A DNA stretch of 64,000 nucleotides from the human T2T-CHM13v2.0 reference genome, Homo sapiens. The position numbers were made by a program, and so were the translations under genes. This document shows, one piece after another, positions 36,563 through 54,063 of this stretch. Every line of letters starts with the position of its first letter. Within the stretch, counting starts at the first letter, position 1. Location of the stretch: NCBI RefSeq assembly GCF_009914755.1, contig NC_060945.1; one strand, 5' to 3'. The notes beneath the pieces were generated by a model. That model was given only the letters and a program-made list of their open reading frames with translations. It had not been told where the DNA came from and made no database searches.

Positions 36563-36869
36563 TTTTGTTTTGTTTTTGTTTTTTGGGGGGACAAGGTCTC
36601 ACTCTGTTGCCCAGGCTGGAGTGTTGTGGCACAATTACAGCTCACTACAGTCCAGACTTCCCCAGGCTCAGGTTATCCTCCCACCTCAGTCTCCTGAGAA
36701 GCTGAAACTACAAGCACATGCCACCATGCCTAGCTAATTTTTGTGTTTTCTGTAGAGACAGGGTTCCATCATGTTGTCCAAGCTAATCTCCATCACCTGG
36801 CCTCATGCAATCCTCCTACTCTGCCTCCCAAAGTGCTGGGATTACAGGCATGAGCCGCCTTGCCTAGTC
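36563..36869 (-). mobile_element. AluJ
   Basis: aggctcaggttatcctcccacctcag (J-type). Confidence 0.93.
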
Positions 36870-37706
36870 AGCATTATTCAAGATTTCATAAGGTAATTAT
36901 TACTCATTTGTATTACTTAAGCCATATTTTACATCATTTTAAAACATTTATCATTTTACTAAGTTAATTGTAATCTGAGTATGTTATTTTACATTTTTTT
37001 ATTCTCTTAATCACATTATTCTTTTCTGTCACTCTCTCTAGATCTTGCTGATTTCCACAATCAAGAAATACAGCAGCATATTGCTCCAAGCAACTAAGTT
37101 CAAATGCACAGACATTCTGAGTAATGTCTATCTGAATTTTTTCTTTGAGGAAAGTTATGTTGGAATCCATTTAAGATGAAAACTTTAAAAGGTACATGGT
37201 AAACTTTGCATTAAGTATGTGTCTGAATTTTATCTTTTCAATTTCCCTCTTGGCTCCAGAAGTTTGAAGCAATTAATCTTGAACATTAAAATACATTTGT
37301 GTTTGAAAAATCTTAATATGTTTAAACAGATAATGATTCTTATGTATTCTAGTTCCACATCTAAAAGATAACTCCACAACTTTAATTTTCTGTGAAGTTT
37401 ATATTCTCCCAGATGTTTACATTAATCTTAAAAGAACCTTTTACTATTTTCATTTATAATTAGGTCCAACAACAATAAGCATTTTGATAGGATATCAAAG
37501 TAATTTTTATTCACTATACCAACTCCAGAAACATTAAAAAAAAAGCTAAAAGGCAAAAATGACCACAAATGTTAACCTGTTTCTGCAATCTAATATAAAA
37601 TGTGAAACAATGGGAGAATTTAAAAGACACAAAAATAATGGGGAGGGGGTGCTATTATTTTGTGTTGGATAATCAAATAAATATTAACACAATGTTCTCA
37701 AAGTTC

Positions 37707-37862
37707 TTTTTTAGTTTTTTTTTTAATTTTTAAAATTTGTGTGGGTACATAGTAGGTGTATATGTTTATGGGGTGCATGAGATGTTTTGTTACAGGCATG
37801 TGATGTGAAATAAGCATTATGGGAAATGGGGTATCCATCCCCTCGAGCATTTATCCTTTGAA
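37707..37862 (-). mobile_element. L1MA2/3-type 3' end with tail
   Basis: gtgggtacatagtaggtgtatatgtttatggggtgcatgag...ggggtatccatcccctcgagcatttatcc. Confidence 0.85.
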
Positions 37863-38791
37863 TTCTAAATGAGGTAAGTAATCAGTTGAGGGGTGTATGG
37901 AGGAGTGGGAAGAACTTCCAAAAAAAGAGAAAAGCATGTGAAAGCATGGTAGAGAAAACTCCCTGCGTATATAGAATAAACTACATCTATTTCATTTGCC
38001 TTCCCAGACCCTTTCTCCCCTGACAGTTTGGAGCCCCCGGACGCTATACCTGAAACTATACTTACAAACTTTAGGGGGAGCTCTAACAAAGGCTCACCCA
38101 GGAGGAGCTGCGTGTCTTCCTAGTTCTAAATCACACAGGCATAGTCATTAATCCTGTCAGATGTTATTTTGTTTACAGGAAAAGACCGGGGCTCATTGAA
38201 CTAATCTTTTCTAAAAAATATAGTGATTCAGGCAAAAGACATGGGCACCTGTGCTCTGAGCTGCTTATTGTCTCCATGGCATTCTTCTGAAGGGCTGTGC
38301 TTAGTCACTGAGGCGGGGGCTTTCTGAAATTCTGCTGGCAAAGGATTTTGTGACATCCTGCTGGCAAGCAGAATGGGGAAACATGGTCTCTCATGTTTGC
38401 AACTTGTTCTCACCTCATCTCACCCTTGTTCTTTCAAGCCCAGGGGTAGGAATTCTCTGCCTCCTTCCATGGTTGTTAGCTGCAGCAGTTTTCTGTATCC
38501 CTGTTAAATATATATATATATATTTTTTTTTTTCTCTATCTGAACCAAAAGTAAATAAAAGACCACGTGTAATCCCATCCTAACCAAAAGGGATTGTTGT
38601 ATGTAGAATATGATTTTTTAAAAAATAATTTATAAAAATATTTATGAATGGAATACTTTCTACTTAATAACTAAGTTGTTTAGTTGGGGGACTTCTTCCA
38701 AGTAAGTGGAGAATTTATTCATGTATCTATGTAGTGAGAAGCCGCTAATGTCTTAGCAGAAAAGAAAAGAAAAGAAAAATCCTTAGATAAT

Positions 38792-39267
38792 TATGGTGGA
38801 CGTAAACATTCAGCACTCCCTCCACCCCAGATATATTTATGTTTGAATCCCCGGAATCTGTGAGTATGTTCTTTACATGGCAAAAGAAATTTTGTAGGTG
38901 TGATTATGTTTAAGAACCTGGAGACAGGAAGACTTGCCTGGATTATCCAGGTGTGCCCAATCTAACATGAGTCTTTAAAAGCAGAGAACCTTTCACAATC
39001 ATGGTCAGAGAGTGAGAGATGACTAAGGAAGAAATAATCGGGGAATTCGACTTTGCTGGCTTAGAAGATGGAGGGAAGGGCCGGGAGCCAAGGAATACTG
39101 GTGAGCTCTAGAAGCTGAAAAAGGCAAGGAAATGAATTCTCTAAAGTTTCCAGGAATGATTTTAACTTGAGACCCATTTTACACTTCTGTTATACAGAAG
39201 ATGTGTTTACTGGTTTAATGCACTCAATTTGTGCTAATTTGTTATAACAGCAATAACGAATAAAACA
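38792..39267 (+). mobile_element. MLT1D-like MaLR LTR
   Basis: atggcaaaagaaattttgtaggtgtgatta, ggattatccaggtgtgccc, ctagaagctgaaaaaggcaaggaa, taatttgttataacagcaat. Confidence 0.85.
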
Positions 39268-40485
39268 ATGGTAGCGATGATGCTTATGCTGATTATCAGA
39301 AGGGACATCGATATATGTAATATATTACAATACACTGAAGCCAGAGAAAACTGTGATGCTCTTCAGTGACTTCAGATAATTTTTTTACACCATGACTCTT
39401 CTTTTGTCTGACATTTTATAAAAAGTGTGCGAAAACATAATATTTTTAAATATTACTTCATCTACTTTGCATCCACCAGAATATCCTCAAATATTTTTGT
39501 TGTGTAAATGAGGCCTTGCTACAATTTTAGTGGTGATGAAGTAATTTTCTTACTGTTTATATAAAAGATTTTCTAGGAAGGGAGAACTAAATGACAATCG
39601 ATTACAGATATTAAGGTTACTAATGCTTTATAATTTAAAATAAAATTTTCTGAATTGCAATCCAGGTAATCCAAAACAATTTACATTTCCACAAGTAGTG
39701 CATGAGTGCCAACTGTCTCATGCTTTTGCACTAATTAACATGATTGCTTTTCAAACTTTGCAAATTTGGTGATTTAAAATAAAATGTCAAGTAGAATTAC
39801 TTAATTCTGATTGATATCATTCATTTATAATCTTTCTTATTGAATATTTGAAGTTATTATTTCAAAATTTTTTGTAAATAGGTAATTTCAGCCTACTGAA
39901 AAGATTGTAAACACAGTATTCAATGTAACTCATGTTTGAAACATGTAAAACTTTCATAGAAGTAGGGAAAAGGCAAACAGAAAACGGTGGTTTTTAATAA
40001 CTGTTCAAATTGCTGGATTAATGAGATGACATATTAAATTTGAGAGAAAGTGAAACAGAGAAAGATGTTCCATGCAAGCTGCATGTGTAAACAATACCAT
40101 TTTGGATGAATGGTCTACTTCATTTTATGTACCTAGGGAAGATTCTTTGTGTGGGTGAAAGAATATTCAAACACTTATAGGAAACATTGACCGTCAATAT
40201 ATTGAAAGACCTGGGAAAAATATTCACCTATTATCCTTATAAATTTAACTCAAGCTATTAATTGTTAATCTATCAGTAATTATCATATCAATAATTTATA
40301 AATATATAAATTTTAAATTTTCAAAAATATACAAATGTTTTTAAATATGCAATATAATGCACTAAAATAAATATTACTGAATTCATAGAAGAAACTCATT
40401 ATTTACTTAAAAAGAGTTTGCTGTTGTATTTACATGAATCAATTGCAGATATCTATTTCAACCTGGATTCTCTAAAACCACAATA

Positions 40486-40816
40486 CAGTAGTTCCCCACT
40501 TCCTTAACCATGGCAGATACATTCCAAGATCACCAGTGGATGCCTGAAACCATGCATAGTACTAAACCTTATATATGCTATGTTTTTTTTCTTCTATATA
40601 TACATACCTATTATAAAGTTTAATTTATAAATTAGGCTACCATAGGAGATTAACAATATAAAACAGAACAATGATAAAAATATACCATAATAAAAGTTAC
40701 ATGAGCATGGTCTCTTTCTTCCTTTCTCTTTCTTTTTCTCTTCTCTCCATATGATTGACCATGGGTATGGTAAATGAAGCTATGGAAAACAGAAACATGG
40801 ATAAGGGAAGACTAGC
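40486..40816 (-). mobile_element. MER44A-like (Tigger7-derived) DNA transposon
   Basis: TIR-like ends cagtagttcccc / ggataagggaagacta; internal cagtggatgcctgaaacc. Confidence 0.8.
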
Positions 40817-41192
40817 CAAGTCTAAGAAGAAAAAATGAATAGTTGATTTAAATAGTTTAAAAACATTTATGGCAGTTCTGTATAATGAAGCGATCCACAT
40901 AAACTATAGTAACTTACTATATGTATTTTACTAAACTTTTCAGTAGTCCATGGTGTTTTCTTGATCATATACTTTTCCCAAAACATGAATATGGTTAATA
41001 CAAACATATAAATATTACAGTAGGTAGTCAGGCAGACATGAGCAGGGCAGGAGAGCCCCCCCACACACAACCACTCCCGCCCCCCGCCAACCAGGAGTGT
41101 CAGGCGACCATCACGTGATGGTCAGACAGTTGTTAACTGTATCTTTAAAATAATAATTGGTCACAGGCAGCACTTGGAAAAGGCAGTCTCCC

Positions 41193-42236
<1,044 letters not shown>

Positions 42237-43061
42237 CTATTTCTGCTCTAAAGCTTTTTAATAAATGTTCACTCCTACTCTAAAACGTGCCTTAGCCTCT
42301 CCTTCTTCCTTATGCCCCTCAGTCTAATTCTTTCTTCTGAGGGGCAAGAATTGAGGTTCTTGCAGACCTGTATGGATTCACTGCCAATAACTCAGATACC
42401 CACCACTGATAACAGAAACATTTGTTATGTTTCATATTTTGTTTATGAATATGCTCTGAAAATCACAATTATAGAAGCTCTTTTCACAGGTCATAAAAGA
42501 CCCATAGGAAAATATAAACAAACAAAAAATAAGTCACATAGAGATACAGTCACTAACACAGAAATGATAAACTCTGTAATTCTCTTAACCTGCAGATTTG
42601 TTTCACATTGTGGATGACAAATGACATACAATGATTATAGTTATCCACTGTCATACTTGGAGAGATTATTTAATTATGCTATATGCTACATTTTCACATG
42701 AATGAATTAAGAAAGATGTTATGGCCAAATGCACAGCATTTCCCACAGCTGCTTAGATAAGTAAATAAATCAAACAGTTATTTCCTAATCACACTAGCAA
42801 CCATGGATAGCTCACAAGAAGGCAAGCAGTAGTAATCACCTCCTTAGGCTAGCTGTTTAATTTATCATGGTGGCAGTATGAAATGCAAGTCTCTGCAAAG
42901 AATCTCAGTGAAATAGCCTCTAAAGCATGGCCAGTTACAGTCTACTATTAGTATAATCATGCAATAAGAAAAAATGTAAAAGGTGTAATTGAAATATTTA
43001 AGAAAAACTACTAGTGATTAAATGTGCTTGATGCAGTGGTACAGTAAATTTCTGAAGTTTT

Positions 43062-43358
43062 GTTTATTTATTTTTGAGACAGAGTCTTGCTCTGTCACCC
43101 AGGGTGGAGTGCAGTGGTGCAATCTTTGCTCACTGCAAACCTCCGCCTCCCAGGTTCAAGCGATTCTTTTGCCTAAGCCTCTTGAGTAGCTGGGATTAAA
43201 GGCACCCGCCACCATGCCTGGCTAATTTTTGTATTTTTAGTAGAGACAGGGTTTCCCCATGTTGGTCAGGCTGGTCTCAAACTCCTGACCTTAAGCGATC
43301 CACCCGCCTCAGCCTCCCAAAGTGCAAGAATTACATGTGTGAGCCACCGCATTCAGCC
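43062..43358 (-). mobile_element. AluSx-like
   Basis: TSD atttct(g/t)aagtttt. Confidence 0.96.
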
Positions 43359-44085
43359 TATTTCTTAAGTTTTAAATGTAAATATCTGCGGTTCACAATA
43401 TAGACAGCCAATAAATAGGCTCAATAGAAAAATAAAATTTGATTAAAACTAACTCTATCCCCAGGGAACTGGCTTTCTTCAGGACGTTTCTAGTAAGACT
43501 AGGACAGAATATAGCTGAACAAGCTAACAGATATCTGGCATACTCTCCCAATCACATGTCCTTCTTAAAATTAAAAATTGAATATGAAAATCTAGAAATA
43601 GATTTTCTAGAAACATGCTGAAAAATGTTACATGCTGAAGCATTCTACAAGATTTAGTAACAATTCTACGTATGAAGAATTCAAAGAAATCTTTATGATT
43701 AACAATGAGGGAGAATCATATTTAAGTACCATGCACAAGTTCACTATCCAATGGAAAAAGATAGAATTTGAGTTAAATCTGTATCATGTATTTTTGAGGA
43801 TTTCCATGTAAGACAGGCTACAAGGGTCTGGAAGAACTAAACTATCTCATACCTCTAACAAAATTTAAATTCGCTAGTGAGATTGTGAAGTGAAAGTAAG
43901 TAGCTTGTCGTAATATTTAAATTAAGCAGAAGAAAAACATTATACATTACAGGTGATAAATATCTATGATTTAAATAACATCTTATCTTATAAAGTTATA
44001 CTATAAAAACTTCCTCCTCTACTCCCCAACCATTGAACTCTGAAATGTAAAGTAAAAGTATTGTGTATGAAAATAAGACTCTTTA

Positions 44086-44376
44086 GGCCAGGCATGGTGG
44101 CTCACACCTGTAATCCCAGCACTTTGGGAGGCCAAGGTGGGTGGATCACGAGGTCAAGAGTTCAAGACCAGCCTGGCCAAAATGGTGAAACGCTATCTCT
44201 ACTAAAAATTAAAAAATTTGCCGGGCGTGGTGGCGGGTGCCTATAATTCCAGCTACTGGGGAGGCTGAGGCAGAGAATTGCTTGAACCCAGGAGGCAAAG
44301 GTCGCAGTGAGCCAATAGCACACCACTGCACTCCAGCCTGGGCGACAGAGCAAGACACCATCTCAAAAAAAAAAAA
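44086..44376 (+). mobile_element. AluS (Sg/Sq-like)
   Basis: Full Alu with A tail. Confidence 0.96.
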
Positions 44377-44507
44377 GAGACCTTTTTTTTTTTTAAGTAG
44401 GATGCATACGGAAACTTTAATATTTTCAAGTAGAGTCCATACTGAATTATTTCTGACTCCATATCTAGAAAGGAATTCAGATGACAATTGTAAATTTATG
44501 GACTGCT

Positions 44508-44596
44508 TCAAATATAGTGAGGCAATTAGGAAATGTAAAAATAGGTGTCAAATATAGTGAGGCAATTAGGAAATGTAAAAATAGGTGTCAAATATA
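44508..44596. repeat. Perfect 40-bp tandem duplication
   Basis: tcaaatatagtgaggcaattaggaaatgtaaaaataggtg x2 followed by tcaaatata. Confidence 0.97.
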
Positions 44597-44897
44597 TTTC
44601 ATTAAAAATGAATGACAATTCACTGTGCCATTAATTTAATGGTAACAAAGATAACTTTTGAAAATTTTTGAGTCGTACCTCCAATAGAATTTAAGAAGCT
44701 ATTGTACATGTGAAATAAGAACAAAGGTTTATGAAAAAAATCAAATTAGAAAAACCATACCCAAGAATGAGAAAAAAATAACTTACAACTTCTGATTTCA
44801 AGTTATGGTGCAGGTAGTGAAAAAAAAGTTGTAATCTCAAGCCTTAAACCAGTAATGATACTCTCTAGGGTATGAGTAAATTGATCCCTGGTAATCA

Positions 44898-44985
44898 AAG
44901 AGTGGTTCTCAACCAGCAAAATCGGTTTCTTCTAGGAACTACTTAAAAAGCAAAATCTTGAGCCCCACCCTCCACTGAATCAAAG
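44898..44985. mobile_element. MER5A-like fragment
   Basis: agtggttctcaacc...gcaaaatcttgagccccaccc...actgaatca. Confidence 0.6.
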
Positions 44986-46379
44986 CTCCTCTTATTTCCT
45001 CCTTTTTACAAGATTTACTACTGAGTTACATGCAAATTAATACAGCCAAATACTATCCTAAGGCCAGATTCCAGAGGGATTTACTAGGCTACTTTCCAAA
45101 TTCTCTGCAACCAGCAAGGCCAGTGAATAGTAGCCGTAAAATAATGTGGGTGTGAAATAATTTGTTTACTGGCACAATTACTGATCAAATATATACACAC
45201 AAAAAAAACTAATATGTTGTTCTTAGAAATTATTTTACATATCACCTAAAGTGTTTCTCATATTTTTTAATTTGCACAATCCTTTCTTACAGTCTTCCCT
45301 ACATTTTTGCAACCTGTGGCTAAACAGACCATATTTTGTACTGTCCTATTAATTGTTTATTTTGAATTGCTTTTTGTAAATATGTGTTTTTACATTAAGG
45401 GGACCTCCAAGTTATTCTTTAAACGCTCCATTTTCTTTTAAGCGAACATTTTATTTGTTGACAGAATACAAGATTCTGAAGTTGGTTTTTAATGTCTCCA
45501 ATTTGTTGTTTCTGTTATTTTTTGTTGCTTTTCCCCAATGTCTTGGTAATCTGAGCACAGGTCCCTGGCTTCAGTCACCATACTGACTTTAACTATAGTT
45601 TAAAAACCTGAAACTCCATCTTTCTGAGTAAAATATAGTATCCTCTGAACAATCATCCCACTGAATAATGAGGTAGAAGATATTTTAGAGGTGGAACAAA
45701 GTTACATGCAGGAAAAAAACAGTAGATCCAATCTATGAATAATAAGAATGTTTTAAAAAGGATATAACAAAATAAATAAAATCGTAAAATTTTACTGTTG
45801 TAAATTTAAAATAGAATGCTTTCAATATGTTACAGACAAAGGTGATATAATGCGAAAATACCTCAAAACACTCCTTATAGTCAAGAACACAGAGAGTAGA
45901 ATCTTTAATGGACAGAAAAGAATGCTGTAACATCTCTAAAATCTCAAAAAGCGGTTTAGGTTCTATATATGAAAATATATATGACTCAAAAAGCAAATAA
46001 ACTTTCCAAATTATTATCATGAAGGCTTATGTCCAAAATATAAACTATATCAGCAGAAAAGTTTTGAAAAATATATTTTAAAGAATCATATTAAAAAATA
46101 GACAATAACTAGTAAATGCAATTGAATGCACAATTTCCTAAATAATTGTTTAGAATATGGTTGGCAGATAATGGAAATAACGGGGCAGTTGATGGATTGA
46201 CAAAAAGTTTGTGCTATTTATTTAATATACATACAATTGGGAAAGTTGAAAATTAAAACTTCTATTTACAACCAAAAAGAAACTAATAAATTAGGAAAAT
46301 TACATGAAGTAGATTTTTAGGAATATAAACTAGGATATTCAGATGAAAATAAAACATTTTATTAGTCAACAAAAAGCAC

Positions 46380-46760
46380 ATTTAAACAATGTAATATCAG
46401 GTTACATCCAAAATAAAATAAACATAGAAAATGTACATATTAGCAAGAAATGGTGAAGTGAAAAGTTTAGGTGTTAATGCTAACAGCATGAAATGATCCA
46501 GCCATTTAGAGAGCAGTTTGTCACTATTTGGTGAAACTTAACTCCACAATTTCTTTCCTGGGAATATACTTCATAAAACTCTAGCATAATCATAGAAATG
46601 GACATGCGTGAGAATATTCATTAGAGTATTTTATGTGATAGCAAAGTCTTTCAAGAACGTAAATGTTCATCAGTTCTTAAAAGGATAGATAAAATGTGGC
46701 ATACGTGCACCATGTAACAGTGTAACTTTCAAAATACATTTAAATTGATTAGTTTTTCAT
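46380..46760 (+). mobile_element. L1ME-type fragment
   Basis: agccatttagagagcagtttg...ctccacaatttctttcctgggaatatac...taaatgttcatcag. Confidence 0.55.
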
Positions 46761-46773
46761 GGAGCAATGTTGA

Positions 46774-47391
<618 letters not shown>

Positions 47392-48380
47392 AGAAATGTT
47401 GACAGTTCTAAAGAAATGTTGAATAAAATAAGTGACAAAGAGAACAAACTTTTTAGCACAATTCATAAATGTATATTACAGCCAGTACACACACACAAAA
47501 TTAACAGTACATAATGTTTATAGATTTATAATTATGTAAATAGATTTATGATTATTGTCAAAGCACAAAATAATTACATATAGTTCATTTCTGTTGGGAA
47601 AAGGCCATGTATAAGTCATAATATGTGCATATTGGCAGCCATTGATTACAGTGGTAAGAATTACTTTGAATTTTGGGTAATCATTTTCTCTAATGGCATT
47701 ATATTTTCCCCTCATTGAAGAATTTTGCTTCATCCTGCTTATTTGGGAAAATATATTTTGGGGAGGGAGGGAATTTTTAAGAGGCAAAGCAAAAAAATTA
47801 TAATGTCTGATTATAGCATTATATTGCTGACACCTTGGGTGAAGTGAAAGTGGATCTCAAATCTTAAAGGAATGTGAACGAAATGAGTACTTGAACCCCT
47901 GTGGATAGATGTAGAAAAATTAAAGGTATTTGAAAATTTTAGTAGCTATGAAAAGTGATTGCCATTGTGAAGCCTGCTGTTTTCTTTTAAAACATGGCAA
48001 TAATGTATAAATTAAATTGCAACAGGAAGTTCATATTCTAGAATACTCAGTTGTTCTGCATGCAGAGTTGGATAAATGGAAAATATATGATAATTATACA
48101 GCATAAGGGGTAAAGAATTTCTAATCAGCTTAAATGTTTTAAAATTAGCCACTTACAGAAAAAAAGAGCAGTTAATTTTAAAAAATCAAGCTAAAAGGAG
48201 TTAATTTCAAGAAAACAGGATTCAGATAAGATATAATGGCCTAGATTATAATTTAATAAAAGTAAAGAGTATGCTTTTTTATTAATAAATATGTTTTTAT
48301 AAGTTAAAAAGAAAATGATTACAGTAGCCACTTTGGTACTTTAAGCTGAAGGCATTATGTGACCATATAGTGAAGTAGTT

Positions 48381-48860
48381 TTAAAACCAACCCAATTTTC
48401 CCATAGAACTGAACGGTTTCTTTTGAATACACCTAGAAATGGACTCTGTCAGTCTTGAAATATGAGAAAGTTACATTTGTCTTATCTGAGTTTCTTTCTC
48501 AGGAGACCAACTAGCAGGCCTCCCAAATAGTATCAAGGAACTGAAACTTATCATTGCATCTGGACAATGAGATGTCAGACTTCTCCCCTAGCATGATTGC
48601 CTAACCGACCACCTGTTTCCTGTTGACCAACTCTTCCTCATTACCCCTCCCTAATTCCTGTTCCTTCAGGTAGTTACATTTCCGCTATATAAATTCCTAA
48701 TTTTAGTTGGTTAGGTAAATGGATTTGAGACTGATCGCCCATCTCCTCAGCTGCAACTCCTAATTAAAGCCTCTTCCCTGGCAATACTCATTGTCTTAGT
48801 GATTGGCTTTCTGTGCATGAGTAGCAGCATTTAAACAGAACCCCTGGATTTTTGGTTAGT
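48381..48860 (+). mobile_element. Second MER39-like ERV1 LTR
   Basis: Shares ttatctgagtt, gaactgaaact, gacaatgagatgt, gctatataaat, atggatttgagactg and agtgattggctttctgtgca with 8419-9170. Confidence 0.8.
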
Positions 48861-49659
48861 TTCTCCTTACAAAGTGAACATTACAGATATGTATTATTAG
48901 TGTGGAATATGTTAAGATGAAGATCACTTCCTCTCTAAAATATATTAACATTTGATAACAGTTATAAATATTTCCAAAATGTTGCTCCTTGATGTGAAAC
49001 TTCGATTACGTAAATTAATAGCCTTTAATACTGACACTCGTCTAGAGTAACAGTTTGACAGTGATATTGTCCTAAATTTTAGGTAGCAGGTTGAAGATTA
49101 AAATGATTAAGCAAGTCGTTCAATATCCTTGAAAAAGTCTAAAGAACGGATAAAAGATTGCATCAGAGATTAAAATATAATGATAAAGGCAAATTGCCCA
49201 GGAAAAATGTAGGATGCCCCAGATGTTTATTGTCAGAAATGAAAAATACATCATCTTTGATTAACACGTACTTAAAGCACTTGTGAACTAACTCACAGCA
49301 GCTGATCCCTAGAATACTTTGTTACCTGTTACTATAGGTGCTTACTCAGCTTTTCCTTTTATTGTATTCGAGGATGTTTTTGAACACAGTCCCCAGAGAA
49401 TAAAGCGACAGAACCCTTCTCTCTGCTTCATGGTTAGGACTCTCCTGTTAACTTTACCTAAAGAACTGCAGCTTAGCTGGGCAGGTTCCCTTTGTCCCAG
49501 TTAAGTTGGGAACCAGATTGAGCATTTAATAACTGCTTTGGGATATTTTTTATAAGGGAAGGTCTTTCAAATAAACATCAAGATTTGATGAAGTACAGGT
49601 TGTGTGACTACAGCCAAGCAGATCATAGGGATTGAAGAAGGAAAAAAAATCAGTTACTA

Positions 49660-51345
<1,686 letters not shown>

Positions 51346-51690
51346 TAGTACTACTAGATTGGTTTCATTCCTTTCATAAAACTTTTTAATAGGAGATACT
51401 TACTCACTTTTCAAATGCTTTGTATGTTAACTTACCTCCAACTTTTTTATTTGGACATTTTCATTTGAATACATTCATTCCTGTTGAGCCAAAAACAATT
51501 TGAAATTTTGTTAATTATTTTTATTATTCTACCATTTTCTTACTATAATTTAATTGCTAGTTATTTGGTTTCTATAGGTCGGTTTTTTTTTTTAGTATAC
51601 ATTTTATCACTATGCCATTACTCTCCTTAGATTCTTCAATGATAGTTTTCTAAAATTCTACCCTGCATAATTAAAAAACATACATCTTCT

Positions 51691-52002
<312 letters not shown>

Positions 52003-52778
52003 TCATCTTCTCTACTTTTTTGTCTTATTTTTTGATTAACTTAATATTTTTTGCCTTTTTTTTTACCAATTTGTTTTAAATCTGTAGTTTACATGCATAA
52101 TAATAAACTTGATGTGTTTCTTAATTCACTTTAACAACTCCATATTTTTAGATTTTAATTAGAGAGCATTTAGTGTAATGATGAATATGTTTTAATTTCT
52201 CCATTAATCAATTAAAATGTATAAAGAGTAACTGGGCAAGTAAAATAGAAGAAGAGGCACTGCAGATATTCAATAGATTTTCTGAACAATTTTATCAAGA
52301 AGAATACAAGTATCGGAATGAAAAGGTCTAGTGTGTAATTTTTGTGGGTGATGAGGATAATATGGAGAAAATATCACTGTACAAGAGAACTCAACCAACT
52401 GAGGATTCAAGATGATGGTTTATCTATCTACATAGATATTAAAGTCTTTCATGGATGGTAAAATGGCAAGTACAGAAACAGAAACTCCGAAAAAGAGAGA
52501 GAATCCAGGTGAGGGATCTTGAGCAGTTGAACACAGCAGACCTGACTGATTCAACTGAAAAGATTCATTTCGGTTTTGGCTATATTTTGATTAATATCAT
52601 TAACCAAAATCTTCAATTCTGTTTTTCACATCTATTAAATTAGTTGTGCTCAATTTATAGTTTCCGAAAATAGTTGCACATTGAATAAAAAGGTTATTTT
52701 ACTTATACTAACAATTTTTCATAGTTTATCTTAGTTTGACCTGAAAATTGTTATTTTTTAAATCCCTATTATGACACA

Positions 52779-52946
52779 CAGGAGAAGCTACCACAAGATC
52801 TAGCCTACGTGAGAATGTGGGACATTTGTTCAAAATTATTAAGAATGTTGTCAGTGACAGTAGAGCATTAAACCAAATGCGGGTTTCTTTCTTATCATGA
52901 GGCCTGTGCAGCTACACAAATGGCATGCCTATAAGGGCAGCCCTGA
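52779..52946 (-). mobile_element. MER45A-like (hAT-Tip100) MITE
   Basis: cagg...cctg ends; ttgttcaaaattattaagaat...agagcattaaaccaa. Confidence 0.7.
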
Positions 52947-53686
52947 TGCCGAGGTAAATATTTACAAATCATTATAATACAAATTATAATGAATTGTATT
53001 ATCTTGATGCTTCAGTGAGTTTCTTTTTTGATACTCAGGCTTGTCTCTACCCCATGCATCTAACACTTGTCACTTCTGCTTAGAGAGAAATCTACCATTG
53101 AAGAACGAGAGAAATAAAGAAATAATGGGGTAAATATCAAAATTCTACTGCTAAACACTGCCATGTCTTGAGCTATCACTTCCTTCAGTTGTCTAAATCT
53201 GATAAACATTCCATTATAGAACGGGTAAGACAGAACCGGAGTGGAAAGGAAGCAAGAAAACTGATACTGGTGAGAATTTCTATGCAGAAGACCTTGCCCT
53301 GAACACAATCAAAGGTAGCTTCCAGGAGAAGACACAGGGACACCAGATAAATTTGAAGAAATAAGCATCGAAGAGAACAAAGTCATGGTTTCTTAGAGGC
53401 CACATTGAGACACAAGGTCTCTAAGTCACAAAAGTGACAAAGTTGTAGAGTTGGCTCTTTGTGATAAAAAAGGGGGAATAATTCTCAAACTCTTCCATAA
53501 AACCAAGGAAAAACATGGAGGGTGAGTGAAACTTTCCGTGCCCATTAAGTGGCCTGAGATGTTGCTGAGTGAGTGCATGGCCTGGAGAACTCTTTTAGTA
53601 GATGGGGAGCTCAGTTGCCATAGGTCCTTTAACAGTTGCCAACATGGAGGTTTGATATTACCTGACAAAGAGTGAAACATATTATC

Positions 53687-54063
53687 TGTATTGTTCCTTT
53701 CTAACGCTGATATTAAAGACATACCCGAGACTGGGTAATTCATAAAGAAAAGAGGTTTAATTGACTCACAGTTCTGCAGGGCTGGGGAGGCCTTGGGAAA
53801 CTTACAATCATGACAAAAGGGGAAGAAAACACATCCTTCTTCATATGGTGGCAACAAGGAGAAGTGCAGAGCAAAGTGGGAGAAAAGGCCCTTATAAAAC
53901 CATCGGATCTCATGAAGACTCACTCACTATCATTAGAACAACATGGTGGTAACTGCCTCCATGATTCTGTTACCTCCCACCAAGTCCGTCTTGTGGCACA
54001 TGGAGATCTTGGGAACTACAGTTTAAGATGAGACTTGAGTGGAGACATAGCCAAACCATATCA
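53687..54063 (-). mobile_element. THE1C/D-like solo LTR
   Basis: aaagacatacccgagactgggtaatt...gccaaaccatatca; 5-bp TSD ttatc/ttatt. Confidence 0.92.

Noticed and set aside
53426-53923. 165-aa minus-strand ORF
   Set aside because: N-terminal half is THE1 LTR sequence; no domain similarity recognised
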